Shown piece by piece: positions 45,206 to 54,636 of a stretch of DNA of 64,000 bases. The notes below the pieces were generated by a model. It did no database searches and was not told the DNA's origin. It saw nothing but the letters and a program-made list of their open reading frames with translations. Numbering within the stretch: position 1 is the stretch's first letter; each line of letters starts with the position of its first letter. Source of the DNA: Clostridia bacterium (GTDB taxonomy: Bacteria; Bacillota; Clostridia; Christensenellales; CAG-138); assembly GCA_035561095.1 (NCBI GenBank), contig DATMYE010000042.1, forward strand, positions 79,994 to 143,993, given 5' to 3'. The position numbers were made by a program, and so were the translations under genes.

Positions 45206-46366
45206 ATGCAGAAGGAAGAATCTCTCGGGAGCGTGGAAATAAGCAAGGACATGCATTCCGGTATGCCGAGGCAATCCAATATCGAATTGCTTCGCATCTT
45301 TGCCATGTTTTTTATCGTCATGCACCATTATGTGATGCATGGCACGACCAGCTTTGTTTACCTCGATTCTCCGTTAACGCTGCAAAATGTGTTCGCTTTG
45401 TTCCTTGCGTCGCTGGGTCGGCCGGCCGTCGGGATTTTTGTTTTGATCTGCGGCTATTTCTCCATCAAAAGTGATTTCAAGTTGCCTCGCTTCGTTACCC
45501 TGATTGCGCAGGTGTTTTCATACAGTGTGGTGCTCCTGCTGTTGGCGAAATTCGTCTTGCCCGTTGGGGCTTCGATCGGGCGCGCTGAGATATTGTCATC
45601 GGTCTTCCCGACCGCATATGGCACCTACTGGTTCATGACTTCCTACGCCGTCCTGATTCTGCTTTCTCCATACATCAACAAGTTACTGTTGCTGCTGACG
45701 CAGAAACAGCACAAAGCCCTCATCTTGCTTTTTGTTGCGATCTGGTGCATTTCCCCCACCATATTGGGGGCCAACTTTGCCGGAAGCGATCTTGCGTATT
45801 TCGTTGCTTTCTATTCCATCGCAGCATATTTTCGTCTTTATCCATCAAAAGCAAATCCTTCGCGGTATTTTGCTCTGTTTGGATTTTGGGCACTCGTTGT
45901 TCTGGCTTCGATCGCGTCGGCGTCGTTTTTATTGAATTATTCAGGTGTTTTCCGAAAATATATCACATATTTCTCCGAGTACAACAGGCTTCCGGGCGCG
46001 ATGTGCGCAATCGAATTATTTCTGGCACTGTCGCAATCGAAACCGTTTTATTCAAAATGGATCAATGGAATCGCCTCAACCTCCTTTGGCATCTATCTGA
46101 TCCATGAAAACCCGTTTATCCGGCCGCTCCTTTGGGGAAAATTATTCGATAGCTCCGCTTATGTCAACACCCCGCTTTATTTTGTGCACCTTCTCGTCTC
46201 TGTCATCATCGTGTTTGCCGGTTGTGCGGTCATCGATACACTCTTCTGGAAACTATCCGTTGGCACGCTTTTCTGTATGCTGCGGGATAAGTATCTGGAC
46301 AAATTCGTCGCCTTCGTCAAATCTCTGTATTTTGCAATTGAGAAGTTCTTTGTGAAGTTGATTTAG
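45206..46366 (+). CDS. Acyltransferase family 3 (membrane O-acyltransferase)
   Basis: ORF track 45107..46366, with the start set at MQKEESLG. The N-terminal pattern NIELLRIFAMFFIVMHHYVMHG is typical of Acyl_transf_3, and the protein is multi-TM. The gene looks AT-richer than the flanks. Confidence 0.8.
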   Translation: MQKEESLGSVEISKDMHSGMPRQSNIELLRIFAMFFIVMHHYVMHGTTSFVYLDSPLTLQNVFALFLASLGRPAVGIFVLICGYFSIKSDFKLPRFVTLIAQVFSYSVVLLLLAKFVLPVGASIGRAEILSSVFPTAYGTYWFMTSYAVLILLSPYINKLLLLLTQKQHKALILLFVAIWCISPTILGANFAGSDLAYFVAFYSIAAYFRLYPSKANPSRYFALFGFWALVVLASIASASFLLNYSGVFRKYITYFSEYNRLPGAMCAIELFLALSQSKPFYSKWINGIASTSFGIYLIHENPFIRPLLWGKLFDSSAYVNTPLYFVHLLVSVIIVFAGCAVIDTLFWKLSVGTLFCMLRDKYLDKFVAFVKSLYFAIEKFFVKLI

Positions 46367-46469
46367 GGGACAAACGTGGCGGGTGATCATAAAAAAATCC
46401 ACGATCATGTATGCAGACAAATTTCCCCTCTGGTTATTCGGCTATATTCCGTTTGAACTTGCTGCCAAA

Positions 46470-46521
46470 AAACAAAACGCCCGCTTGGGCGTTTGTTTTT
46501 TGGTGGAGGCGGGGAGAATCG
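46470..46521 (-). repeat. Orphan duplicate of the tmRNA 3' end (21 nt) plus its own terminator hairpin
   Basis: TGGTGGAGGCGGGGAGAATCG at 46501-46521 is identical to 46694-46714, the 3' acceptor/T-arm end of ssrA. It is followed on the minus strand by the hairpin AACAAACGCCC-AAGC-GGGCGTTTTGTT and a T-run. Confidence 0.85.
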
Positions 46522-46656
46522 GGCATCGCAATCGATGGCAGGATTGCTTGTGCTTCGCACTGCACAATCCGCCCGTTTGACTCAACCACGGCCCGGAAAA
46601 TCGCAGCACTACTGCGATTTTTTGCCGGGCTTCGATTCTCCTCTCATGCTTGCACC

Positions 46657-46693
46657 CAAAAACAAAACAGACCCTTTCGGGTCTGTTTGTTTT
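46657..46693 (-). terminator. Terminator of ssrA
   Basis: The minus strand, directly after CCA, reads AAAAACAAACAGACCC-GAAA-GGGTCTGTTTTGTTTTT. Confidence 0.75.
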
Positions 46694-47044
46694 TGGTGGA
46701 GGCGGGGAGAATCGAACTCCCGTCCGAAAACCCCTCAACCAGACTTTCTACGAGCGTATCCGGTGTTTTAACATTCCCTCTGCCGCTCTCCCTCCGTCAG
46801 GATAGCGGGTTTAGTAGCTTCATAAGTCCGGCCCGCCGCAAAGCTTAAGCGGGTTCGTTCCCTACCCTAAATGACGCCCGTATCTGAGACAGTAGGTTTT
46901 CTCAGGCGAACGGTCACTGCTTAAGCAGCGACAGCTAAAGTAGTTTTGTCAGTTACTTTAATCTGTTCCCGCTTTTAACGAAGCTCGGGTCTTCGGCTCG
47001 CTTATCCAACATCAGCGATCCCCGTCGAAACCAGGTTCGCCCCC
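46694..47044 (-). ncRNA. ssrA: tmRNA (SsrA), standard one-piece form
   Basis: The minus-strand 5' end is GGGGGCGAACCTGGTTTCGACGGGG. The 3' end is GGGAGTTCGATTCTCCCCGCCTCCACCA (T-arm plus acceptor with a G3:U pair). The tag reading frame ends GAC AAA ACT ACT TTA GCT GTC GCT GCT TAA (...DKTTLAVAA-stop; plus strand 46921-46950). Confidence 0.95.
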
Positions 47045-47075
47045 ACGAATGCGCGAATATTCTCCGCGCAATCCT

Positions 47076-47104
47076 ATTGTAATCATGTCTGCCGCGTGCG
47101 TCAA
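47076..47104 (-). promoter_or_regulatory. Promoter of ssrA
   Basis: The minus strand reads TTGACG (47104-47099), a 17-nt spacer, then TACAAT (47081-47076). It lies about 30 nt upstream of the mature tmRNA 5' end. Confidence 0.55.
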
Positions 47105-47156
47105 GCGATCCGGGAGAATGTTTCCGCCTGTTCACGCCCGCGTGGCAAGTTGCCCC

Positions 47157-48407
47157 TTACAGAGGCAGATTCAGGATATCCAGCGTGTTGAAATAATCCT
47201 GCGGCGTCTCCGCGCGGCGGATGAGCTCCGCGCGGCCGTCGGGCTTTAAGAGCACCTCCGCGCTTCTGAGCTTGCCGTTGTAGTTATATCCCATCGCGAA
47301 TCCGTGCGCGCCGGTGTCGTGGATGACCAGAAGGTCTCCCGGCTCCGTGCGCGGCAGCGGGCGGTCGATGGCAAACTTGTCGTTATTCTCGCAGAGCGAA
47401 CCCACAACATCATAGACGTTCGTCAGCGGGGCGTCTTCCTTGCCCATCACGGTGATGTGGTGGTAGGCGCCGTACATCGCAGGGCGCATGAGGTTCACCG
47501 CGCAGGCGTCCACGCCGATATACTTCTTGTGCGTCTCCTTTTTGTGGATCGCGCGGGTGACGAGATACCCAAACGGTCCCGTGATATAGCGGCCAAGCTC
47601 GGTGAAGATACGAATCTTGAGCCCGCTGGGGGTTACGATGCGGTCGTACTGGTGCCTGACCTCTTCACCGATATAGCGGATATCCGTCTCTTTCTCGTAA
47701 GGACGGTACGGGATGCCGATGCCGCCGGAGAGGTTGACAAACGTGAAGTTCGCGCCCGTCTCCTCGTGCAGCTCCACCGCAGTTTTGAAGAGCTTCTTCG
47801 CCAGCGCAGGATAATAATCATCGTCGGTCGTGTTGCTCACAAGGAACGCATGCAGGCCGAATTCGACTGCCCCAAGCGCCATGAGCTTCTTCACACCAAC
47901 ACTAAGCTGCTCGCGCGTCATGCCGTACTTCGCCTCGCCAGGGTTTCCCATGATGGTGTTGCCGAGCAGAAACTCGCCGCCGGGGTTGAAGCGCAGGCAG
48001 ACGGTCTTCGGGATGCCGCCGTTTTCCGCGAGAAAATCGATGTGCGTAATATCGTCGAGGTTGATGAGCACGCCCATCTCGCTCGCAAGTTTAAATTCAC
48101 TTGCCGGCGTGTCGTTCGAGGAGAACATCACGTCGTGCCCCGTCACGCCGATGGCGCGCGAGAGCAGCAGCTCCGTCATCGAGGAGCAATCCATACCGCA
48201 GCCGCTGTCAAAGAGCAGCTTCATGATCATGGGGTTGGGCAGCGCCTTGACGGCGAAATATTCGCGGAAGCCTTCATTCCAGGAGAACGATTCCTGCAGG
48301 CGTTTGACGTTTGCGCGGATACCGGCCTCATCGTAGATGTGGAAAGGTGTCGGGAACTGTTCGACGATGGCCTCCAGGGCATCCTTCGTAAACGGCAAAT
48401 TTCTCAT
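47157..48407 (-). CDS. lysA: Diaminopimelate decarboxylase-like PLP enzyme (Orn/DAP/Arg decarboxylase family 2)
   Basis: Motifs: PTPFHIYDE, the PLP-Lys context [27 protein letters not shown] and [15 protein letters not shown]. The ATG overlaps the smpB stop (ATGA). Confidence 0.7.
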   Translation of the reverse strand: MRNLPFTKDALEAIVEQFPTPFHIYDEAGIRANVKRLQESFSWNEGFREYFAVKALPNPMIMKLLFDSGCGMDCSSMTELLLSRAIGVTGHDVMFSSNDTPASEFKLASEMGVLINLDDITHIDFLAENGGIPKTVCLRFNPGGEFLLGNTIMGNPGEAKYGMTREQLSVGVKKLMALGAVEFGLHAFLVSNTTDDDYYPALAKKLFKTAVELHEETGANFTFVNLSGGIGIPYRPYEKETDIRYIGEEVRHQYDRIVTPSGLKIRIFTELGRYITGPFGYLVTRAIHKKETHKKYIGVDACAVNLMRPAMYGAYHHITVMGKEDAPLTNVYDVVGSLCENNDKFAIDRPLPRTEPGDLLVIHDTGAHGFAMGYNYNGKLRSAEVLLKPDGRAELIRRAETPQDYFNTLDILNLPL

Positions 48408-48871
48408 GATCTGTCCTCCTTGATCCGTCGTTCCATCTCGCGGTCTGCGTCGCGCTCGGCTGTCGTGTGGCGCTTGTCGTAGAGCTTTTTGCCCTTGGCA
48501 ATCGCAAGCTCCAGCTTCATGCGCCCATCTTTGAGGTAAATCTCCAGCGGCACCAAGCTCATACCATCCTTCTGGGACGCTTCCTGCAGCTTCCGGATCT
48601 CGCTCTTGTGTGCCAGCAGTTTCCGTGTTCGGAAGGGATCTTTGTTGAAGATGTTCCCCTGCTCATACGGGCTGATGTGCATGCCGATGATGAAGAGCTC
48701 GCCGTTTTTTACCTGCGCATAGCTGTCCTTGAGATTACATGCGCCTTTACGGAGCGACTTCACCTCGGTGCCGAAGAGTTCGATTCCGCACTCAAGCGTT
48801 TCCTCGATAAAGTAGTCATGGCGCGCTTTTCGGTTCTGCGCAACAGGCTTAATACCACGTTTTACGGCCAT
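48404..48871 (-). CDS. smpB: SsrA-binding protein
   Basis: [29 protein letters not shown] ... HISPYEQGN...DPFRTRKLL is the canonical SmpB pattern. Confidence 0.95.
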   Translation of the reverse strand: MAVKRGIKPVAQNRKARHDYFIEETLECGIELFGTEVKSLRKGACNLKDSYAQVKNGELFIIGMHISPYEQGNIFNKDPFRTRKLLAHKSEIRKLQEASQKDGMSLVPLEIYLKDGRMKLELAIAKGKKLYDKRHTTAERDADREMERRIKEDRS

Positions 48872-49071
48872 AGAGCAGGCCTCTCACTTTCCGACGGAAA
48901 ATAATATATTATTTTACAATCATTCTAATCGTTCTCGCGGTACAAAGTCAAGCGTTTGCGGCGCGTATCACAAAGAAGATGACTGTCCGTTCCGTCTTGT
49001 TCTGTCTGTGCAATGAGCGAAAAAAGCGGCGCACCCTTTGGCACGCCGCATTTGGTTACCCTGAACCGATC

Positions 49072-49308
49072 TTAGAAGATGGTCAAAAGCAGCGCAAGCA
49101 AGCCAACGATAGACGCGAGGACGATCGTCAGTTTCTGCAGTTTCGCTTCACGACTGGCTGCCTTACCCTTCTGGGTAAAGGACGTGGTTTCCCCGCCGAA
49201 GGAAGCGCCGAGGCCGGAGCTTTTCGTCTTCTGCAGCAGAACGACGACGACGAGCAAAATAGAGATCAACATCAGCGCGATGCGAATGATAAGCGCCGCA
49301 GTACTCAT
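49072..49308 (-). CDS. secG: Preprotein translocase subunit SecG
   Basis: 78 aa with two TMs. ILLVVVVLLQKTKSSGLGASFGG is the SecG signature. The RBS GGAGGA is present. Confidence 0.88.
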   Translation of the reverse strand: MSTAALIIRIALMLISILLVVVVLLQKTKSSGLGASFGGETTSFTQKGKAASREAKLQKLTIVLASIVGLLALLLTIF

Positions 49309-49487
49309 GGTAACATTCCTCCAATTTTGATCTCCGATTCGCGGGTAGTTTCGCCGCAGCCGGAGCGATCAGCAATATTACGCTCCTGCACTGGTTTTTC
49401 CAGCGCCCAAGCCTAGTGATTATAACACGCACAAGGCTGCAATGCAAGCCTGAATGCGCGTCTGTCCTCGTGAAAATCCCGAAGAAA

Positions 49488-51035
49488 TCAGCCCTGAATC
49501 AGCGATTTTCCGGTCATGTCCTGCGGCACCGGCAGGTTCAGAAGCTGTAGCAGCGTGGGCGCAAGATCGCTGAGCCTTCCGCCCGTGCGGAGTGTGACGT
49601 TCTTGCGGGTGTCGTCCACGAGGATGCACGGCACGGGGTTTGTCGTGTGCGCGGTAAACGGCACGTTTTCGACCTCGTCCCACATCTTTTCGCAGTTGCC
49701 GTGGTCGGCGGTGATGATACATCTGCCGCCGGTCTTCAGGATTGCGTCCACGACCTTTGCGGCGCAGGCGTCCACCGCGTGTACGGCTGCGGTTGCTGCC
49801 GACATCACGCCCGTGTGCCCGACCATGTCCGGGTTGGCGAAGTTGAGAATCATCACATCATACTTGCCGCCTTCGATGCGTCTCACCGCTTCGTCCGCCA
49901 CCTCAAACGCGCTCATCTCCGGTTTCATATCATACGTTGCAACCTTCGGCGAGGCGATCAGCGCGCGGTCTTCCCCGGGGTTCGGCGCTTCCACGCCACC
50001 GTTGAAGAAGAAGGTCACGTGCGCATATTTCTCCGTCTCCGCGATACGAAGCTGGGTCAGCCCCTTCTCGGCGAGATACTGGCCAAAGGTGTTGTCGAGC
50101 GATTCGGGGCGGTACGCCACGTGTACGCGCTCTCCGAAGGTCTTGTCGTACTGCGTGAGGCAGACATAGTAGAGCGGGAAGAATCCGTTCTTGCGCGGGA
50201 AGGTGTCAAAGTCGTCAAACACCAGCGTACGGGTGATTTCACGCGCGCGGTCGGGACGGAAGTTGAAGAAGATCACGCTGTCGTTTGCCGAGATCTTGCC
50301 GACGGGTTTGCCGTCCTCCATCACAACAGTGGGCAGCACAAACTCGTCCGTCTCGCCCTTGTCATAGCTGTTCTGCATGGCTTCTTCGCCGCTCGCGGCC
50401 GTCAAGCCTTCGCCGTAGACAAGCGCACTGTAGGCCTTCTCCACGCGCTCAAAGCGGTTGTCGCGGTCCATGGCATAATAGCGTCCCATCACGGTCGCGA
50501 TCTTGCCCGTACCGATCTGCTTGAGCTTTGCGTCCAGCTCTTCGACATAGCACTTGCCGCTGCTCGGCGGCACGTCGCGTCCGTCCATGAAGCAATGCAC
50601 GAACACCTTCGTCAGCCCCGCCTTTTTCGCCATCTCGACGAGGGCGTAGAGGTGCGTGTTGTGCGAATGCACGCCGCCGTCGGAGAGTAGCCCCATCAGG
50701 TGCAGCGCAGTACCGTTCTGCTTGCAGTTTTCAATCGCGCCCAGCAGCGCCTTGTTCTCGTAGAAGTCGCCGTCCATGATCGCTTTTGTGATGCGCGTGA
50801 GCTCCTGATAAACGATCCGGCCTGCGCCGATGTTCAGGTGTCCCACCTCGCTGTTGCCCATCTGCCCTTCCGGGAGGCCGACGTCCATACCGCTTGCCGC
50901 GATCTGTACATGCGGATACTCGTTCCAGAGGCGCGAGATATTCACCGCACCGTCGGCTTTGATGGCGTTAAATTCCTTCTCCGTGGAGCAGCCGAAGCCG
51001 TCCAGGATGATCAATGCGGTAATCGGTTTCGTCAT
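49488..51035 (-). CDS. gpmI: 2,3-bisphosphoglycerate-independent phosphoglycerate mutase
   Basis: 515 aa. Motifs: ILDGFG, GNSEVGHLNIGAGR, SDGGVHSH, ADHGN and TAHT. Confidence 0.95.
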   Translation of the reverse strand: MTKPITALIILDGFGCSTEKEFNAIKADGAVNISRLWNEYPHVQIAASGMDVGLPEGQMGNSEVGHLNIGAGRIVYQELTRITKAIMDGDFYENKALLGAIENCKQNGTALHLMGLLSDGGVHSHNTHLYALVEMAKKAGLTKVFVHCFMDGRDVPPSSGKCYVEELDAKLKQIGTGKIATVMGRYYAMDRDNRFERVEKAYSALVYGEGLTAASGEEAMQNSYDKGETDEFVLPTVVMEDGKPVGKISANDSVIFFNFRPDRAREITRTLVFDDFDTFPRKNGFFPLYYVCLTQYDKTFGERVHVAYRPESLDNTFGQYLAEKGLTQLRIAETEKYAHVTFFFNGGVEAPNPGEDRALIASPKVATYDMKPEMSAFEVADEAVRRIEGGKYDVMILNFANPDMVGHTGVMSAATAAVHAVDACAAKVVDAILKTGGRCIITADHGNCEKMWDEVENVPFTAHTTNPVPCILVDDTRKNVTLRTGGRLSDLAPTLLQLLNLPVPQDMTGKSLIQG

Positions 51036-51781
51036 TAGAAGTGAACCACCTTTGAGAAATCTTCGCTCTTGAGCGAAGCGCCGCCGATGAGACCGCCGTC
51101 GATCTCCGGCATCGCCATGAGCTCGCTTGCGTTCTTTGCGTTCATGCTTCCGCCGTACTGGATGCGCACTTCGTCCGCGACCTTCTGGCCGTAGACGCCC
51201 GCGATCGCATCACGGATGACCTTGATGGTGTTGTTCGCGTCGTCGTTGGTCGCGGTCTTGCCGGTGCCGATCGCCCAGATGGGTTCGTAGGCGATCACCG
51301 AGCGGACGACTTCCTCCGCTGTGAAACCCGCGAGCGCCGCGATGGTCTGCTTGCTCACGATGGTATCGGTCACGCCGCCTTCGCGCTGCTCCAGCGTTTC
51401 GCCGACGCAGATGATGGGTGTGATGTTTGCTTCCAGCGCGGCTTTCGCGCGCTTGTTGACGGTCTCGTCCGTCTCGCCGAAGTACTGCCTACGTTCGCTG
51501 TGGCCGACGATGGCGTGGCTCACGCCCATGGCGAGCAGCATATCCGCGCTGATTTCGCCCGTGAACGCGCCCTTGGGTGCCCAGTGGATGTTCTGCGCGC
51601 CGAGTTTGATGTTGGTGCCGACGAGCAGCTTGCCAACGAGAGCTAAGTCAACATACGGCGGGCAGACGACGACTTCGCAAGCCGCGTCCTTCACCAGCGG
51701 GATCAGCTCGACGACGAGGCGCTCTGCCTCCGCCGGGGTCATGTTCATTTTCCAGTTGCCTGCGATGATAGGTGTTCTCAT
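51035..51781 (-). CDS. tpiA: Triosephosphate isomerase
   Basis: Motifs: IIAGNWKMN, VGHSERR, AYEPIWAIGTG and GGASLK. The stop overlaps the gpmI start (TAATG). Confidence 0.95.
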   Translation of the reverse strand: MRTPIIAGNWKMNMTPAEAERLVVELIPLVKDAACEVVVCPPYVDLALVGKLLVGTNIKLGAQNIHWAPKGAFTGEISADMLLAMGVSHAIVGHSERRQYFGETDETVNKRAKAALEANITPIICVGETLEQREGGVTDTIVSKQTIAALAGFTAEEVVRSVIAYEPIWAIGTGKTATNDDANNTIKVIRDAIAGVYGQKVADEVRIQYGGSMNAKNASELMAMPEIDGGLIGGASLKSEDFSKVVHF

Positions 51782-51865
51782 ACTGATACTTCCTTTCGAT
51801 TGCGTTTATTGTTAAAACTCTATCTTTTGACCGTTTGAGCGGTCGATTTATCAAACTTATGAAAC

Positions 51866-51892
51866 CGCCGGAGCGCGATCAACGCTCCGGCG
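51866..51892 (-). terminator. Hairpin between pgk and tpiA (possible attenuator or processing site)
   Basis: CCGCCGGAGCG-NNNNNNN-CGCTCCGGCGG is a perfect 11-bp stem. On the minus strand it is followed by TTTCATAAGTTT, which is only weakly U-rich. Confidence 0.35.
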
Positions 51893-51906
51893 GACGAAGG
51901 TGTCGC

Positions 51907-53091
51907 TTACTTATCGTTGAGCACTGCCACGCCCGGGAGCACCTTGCCCTCGAGATATTCGAGGGATGCGCCGCCGCCGGTGGAGATGTGGGTCATCTGC
52001 TTGGCAAAGCCGAGCTTCTTAACCGCGGAGGCAGAGTCGCCGCCGCCGATGATGGTCGTGCCCTTGCAGTCCGCACAGGCCTGCGCAACCGCGCGGGTGC
52101 CTTCGGCGAACGCTGGCATTTCAAACACGCCCATGGGTCCGTTCCAGATGACGGTCTTGGCTTCGATGATCGTCTTGCGGAAGAGTTCGCGGGTCTTGGG
52201 CCCGATGTCGAGGCCCATCCAGCCTTCGGGGATGTTGTCGGAATCGATGGTCTTGTTTTCCGCATCCGGCGCATAAGCGACCGCCACAACGTTGTCGATG
52301 GGCAGCAGGAAATTCACGCCCTTGGCTTTCGCTTTCGCCATGATTTCCTTTGCGAGTTCGACGCTGTCCGCATCCAGCAGCGAGGTGCCGATTTCATAGC
52401 CCTGCGCCTTGAAGAAGGTGTAGGCCATGCCGCCGCCGATGATCAGAGAATCGCACTTGTCGAGCAGGTTCGTGATCACGCCGATCTTGTCGGAGACCTT
52501 CGCGCCGCCGAGAATCGCGACAAACGGACGCTCCGGATCTTCCAGGGCTTTGCCCATGATGCCGAGCTCTTTGCCGATCAAAAAGCCGGCAACTGCGGGC
52601 AGATAGGCGGCAACGCCCGCCGTGGAGGCATGCGCGCGGTGCACGGTGCCAAACGCGTCGGACACATACAGATCCGCGAGGCTCGCCAGCTCTTTGGCAA
52701 ACGCGGGATCGTTCTTTTCCTCTTCGGGATGGAAGCGGACGTTCTCCAGAAGGACGATTTCGCCTTCCTTCATATCATCCACCGTGGCTTTCACGGACTC
52801 GCCGATGCAGTCGTCCGTCATCCAGATGCGCGTATCGGGCAGCAGCTCGCTCAGACGCTCGCCGACGGGGGCAAGCGAAAACTCAGGGGTAACGCCTTTG
52901 GGACGGCCCAGATGGGAGCAGAGAATGACCTTCGCTTTGTGATCAAGCAGATACTGAATCGTCGGGAGCGCGGCGACAATGCGCTTGTCGTCTCCGACTT
53001 TTCCTTCGGGCGTGAGCGGGACGTTGAAGTCTACGCGCACCAATACGCGTTTCCCTGCGACATCAATATCCTCAATCGTTTTCTTGGCCAT
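51907..53091 (-). CDS. pgk: Phosphoglycerate kinase
   Basis: ORF track 51907..53121. ATG 53091 follows GGAGGAAG. Motifs: [20 protein letters not shown] and GGGDSA. Confidence 0.95.
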   Translation of the reverse strand: MAKKTIEDIDVAGKRVLVRVDFNVPLTPEGKVGDDKRIVAALPTIQYLLDHKAKVILCSHLGRPKGVTPEFSLAPVGERLSELLPDTRIWMTDDCIGESVKATVDDMKEGEIVLLENVRFHPEEEKNDPAFAKELASLADLYVSDAFGTVHRAHASTAGVAAYLPAVAGFLIGKELGIMGKALEDPERPFVAILGGAKVSDKIGVITNLLDKCDSLIIGGGMAYTFFKAQGYEIGTSLLDADSVELAKEIMAKAKAKGVNFLLPIDNVVAVAYAPDAENKTIDSDNIPEGWMGLDIGPKTRELFRKTIIEAKTVIWNGPMGVFEMPAFAEGTRAVAQACADCKGTTIIGGGDSASAVKKLGFAKQMTHISTGGGASLEYLEGKVLPGVAVLNDK

Positions 53092-53308
53092 GTTGTTCTT
53101 CCTCCATGTTTTTATATTCAATCTCTTTTTATCGATTTATTATAGCATGCCTGCTGTTTTTTGAACAGAAAGCGGAAGCTCCGTCAGGGAAAATTTACGT
53201 GCTGCGAGCACACGGAAAGCGGGCGGAACCGCGCGTAAGCGCGCGAACTGCCGCCAAAATGGTGGTATTTGGCCAGTTTATCGCTCTTTCAAGCGAAAAC
53301 GGATAAAA

Positions 53309-54037
53309 CTAGATACAATACCGCCCTCGTTCTTGTACCACAACTGCGGAGGGAAAGTCAATCTCTTTTTTTACCTCGGCCTCGGTATCGTATTTTCCCC
53401 ACATATGGGTGAGATACAGGGTTTTCACGCCCGCGTCCCGCGCAAGCGTGCAGGCCTCTTTTACGTTCATGTGCGGGCCGGTCTGCGAGGCGTTGACGAA
53501 GCACGCGTCTGCCAGCAGCGCGTCCGCGCCCATCGGCCCCTGCTCCATGCCGGGATAGGGTTTTGTATCCCCCGTAAAGAAGAGCACCGCGCCGTCGGAG
53601 CCGGTGATCCGCATACCGTTGGTCGGCACGGGGTGTGCCATCGGCACAAACGAAAAGTGCAGCGTCCCGATCTGTAGCTCATCCCCGCCTTTGACCGTGT
53701 GCTGCGCAAACAGCGCTCCGGTCGTGATCGCCTTGAGCGTCTCGTAGGGTTCCGCGGGGGTATAGAGCGGCACGCGCCGCTTCTCCTCTCCCTCGCGCAC
53801 CTCCTGCTGATCCAGCGCATAGCGCATCACAAACAGGTCGGAACAATGGTCAAAGTGCAGATGCGAGAGCACGATTGCATCCAGATGTGCAGGATGCACA
53901 TGTTCCATGATGCGCGAAAGTACGCCGCTGCCGCAGTCGATCAGCACGCGCGTGGGGCCATCTTCGATCAGATAGCCGCTGCATGCCCCGCCGGGTCGCG
54001 GATACGGGCCGTGTCTGCCCAGTACGGTTAAAAACAT
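53309..54037 (-). CDS. MBL-fold metallo-hydrolase
   Basis: The HxHxDH motif is present (LSHLHFDHCSDL) within a beta-lactamase-fold pattern. The RBS GGAGGA is present. Confidence 0.85.
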   Translation of the reverse strand: MFLTVLGRHGPYPRPGGACSGYLIEDGPTRVLIDCGSGVLSRIMEHVHPAHLDAIVLSHLHFDHCSDLFVMRYALDQQEVREGEEKRRVPLYTPAEPYETLKAITTGALFAQHTVKGGDELQIGTLHFSFVPMAHPVPTNGMRITGSDGAVLFFTGDTKPYPGMEQGPMGADALLADACFVNASQTGPHMNVKEACTLARDAGVKTLYLTHMWGKYDTEAEVKKEIDFPSAVVVQERGRYCI

Positions 54038-54048
54038 GGCTCCTCCGA

Positions 54049-54600
54049 TCAGTCGGCAGGTCTGCGGATCTCCAGCATCTTATCCGGCTGCATCACCGGC
54101 ATATAGCGCAGCACCACCGCGCCGACGAGCGTGCAGACAACCGCCTGCGCGAGCTGCAGCAGCAAAGTGACGCCGACGACCGCGAATTCGCGGATGATGA
54201 CAAAGTCGTAAACAAGAAACAGTGCCAGCATGATGGCTTCCATCACACCCGCGACTACAAAGCTCTTCTTCCAGTCATCGACCTTTGCGGCAAACGCAAG
54301 CGCAAACAGCGCCATCAGGCTGCGGATGATGATGTTCCCGATGATGAAGCTCTTGCTGCCCATCACGATATCGCCGATCACGATGCCGACCACAGATGCA
54401 ATGATGCCCCAGGGCGAGCCGAGCGCCATTACGGAGGCGATGATGCCCGCGTCCTGCAGGGACGCGTATGCATTCACAGCCCCGATGGCAGAGGTGTTTG
54501 CGTCCACCTGCACGCGGATGATCGAGAGCAGAAATGTGCCGATGGTGCAGAGTAAAATCGTGATGACTTGCTTTTGGTCGATGTCCTTCCAGTTCATCAT
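54049..54600 (-). CDS. Small polytopic membrane protein, unknown function
   Basis: 183 aa with about 5-6 TMs. The RBS AGGAGG is present. It lies in the same transcriptional direction as the ruv/DivIVA-like genes and 12 nt upstream of the MBL gene. Confidence 0.65.
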   Translation of the reverse strand: MMNWKDIDQKQVITILLCTIGTFLLSIIRVQVDANTSAIGAVNAYASLQDAGIIASVMALGSPWGIIASVVGIVIGDIVMGSKSFIIGNIIIRSLMALFALAFAAKVDDWKKSFVVAGVMEAIMLALFLVYDFVIIREFAVVGVTLLLQLAQAVVCTLVGAVVLRYMPVMQPDKMLEIRRPAD

Positions 54601-54636
54601 GGAACCTCCTGCAACTATTTTCCCGGATCAGGCCGG

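Noticed and set aside
43455-46700. Possible intact genomic island or prophage integrated at ssrA.
   Set aside because: There is no integrase, recombinase, transposase or phage gene anywhere in this stretch. The only second att-like repeat is 193 bp from the gene. I report only a scar and a compositionally atypical patch.
48408-48430. Lysine (L-box) riboswitch expected upstream of lysA.
   Set aside because: The lysA ATG overlaps the smpB stop codon, so there is no leader in which a riboswitch could reside.
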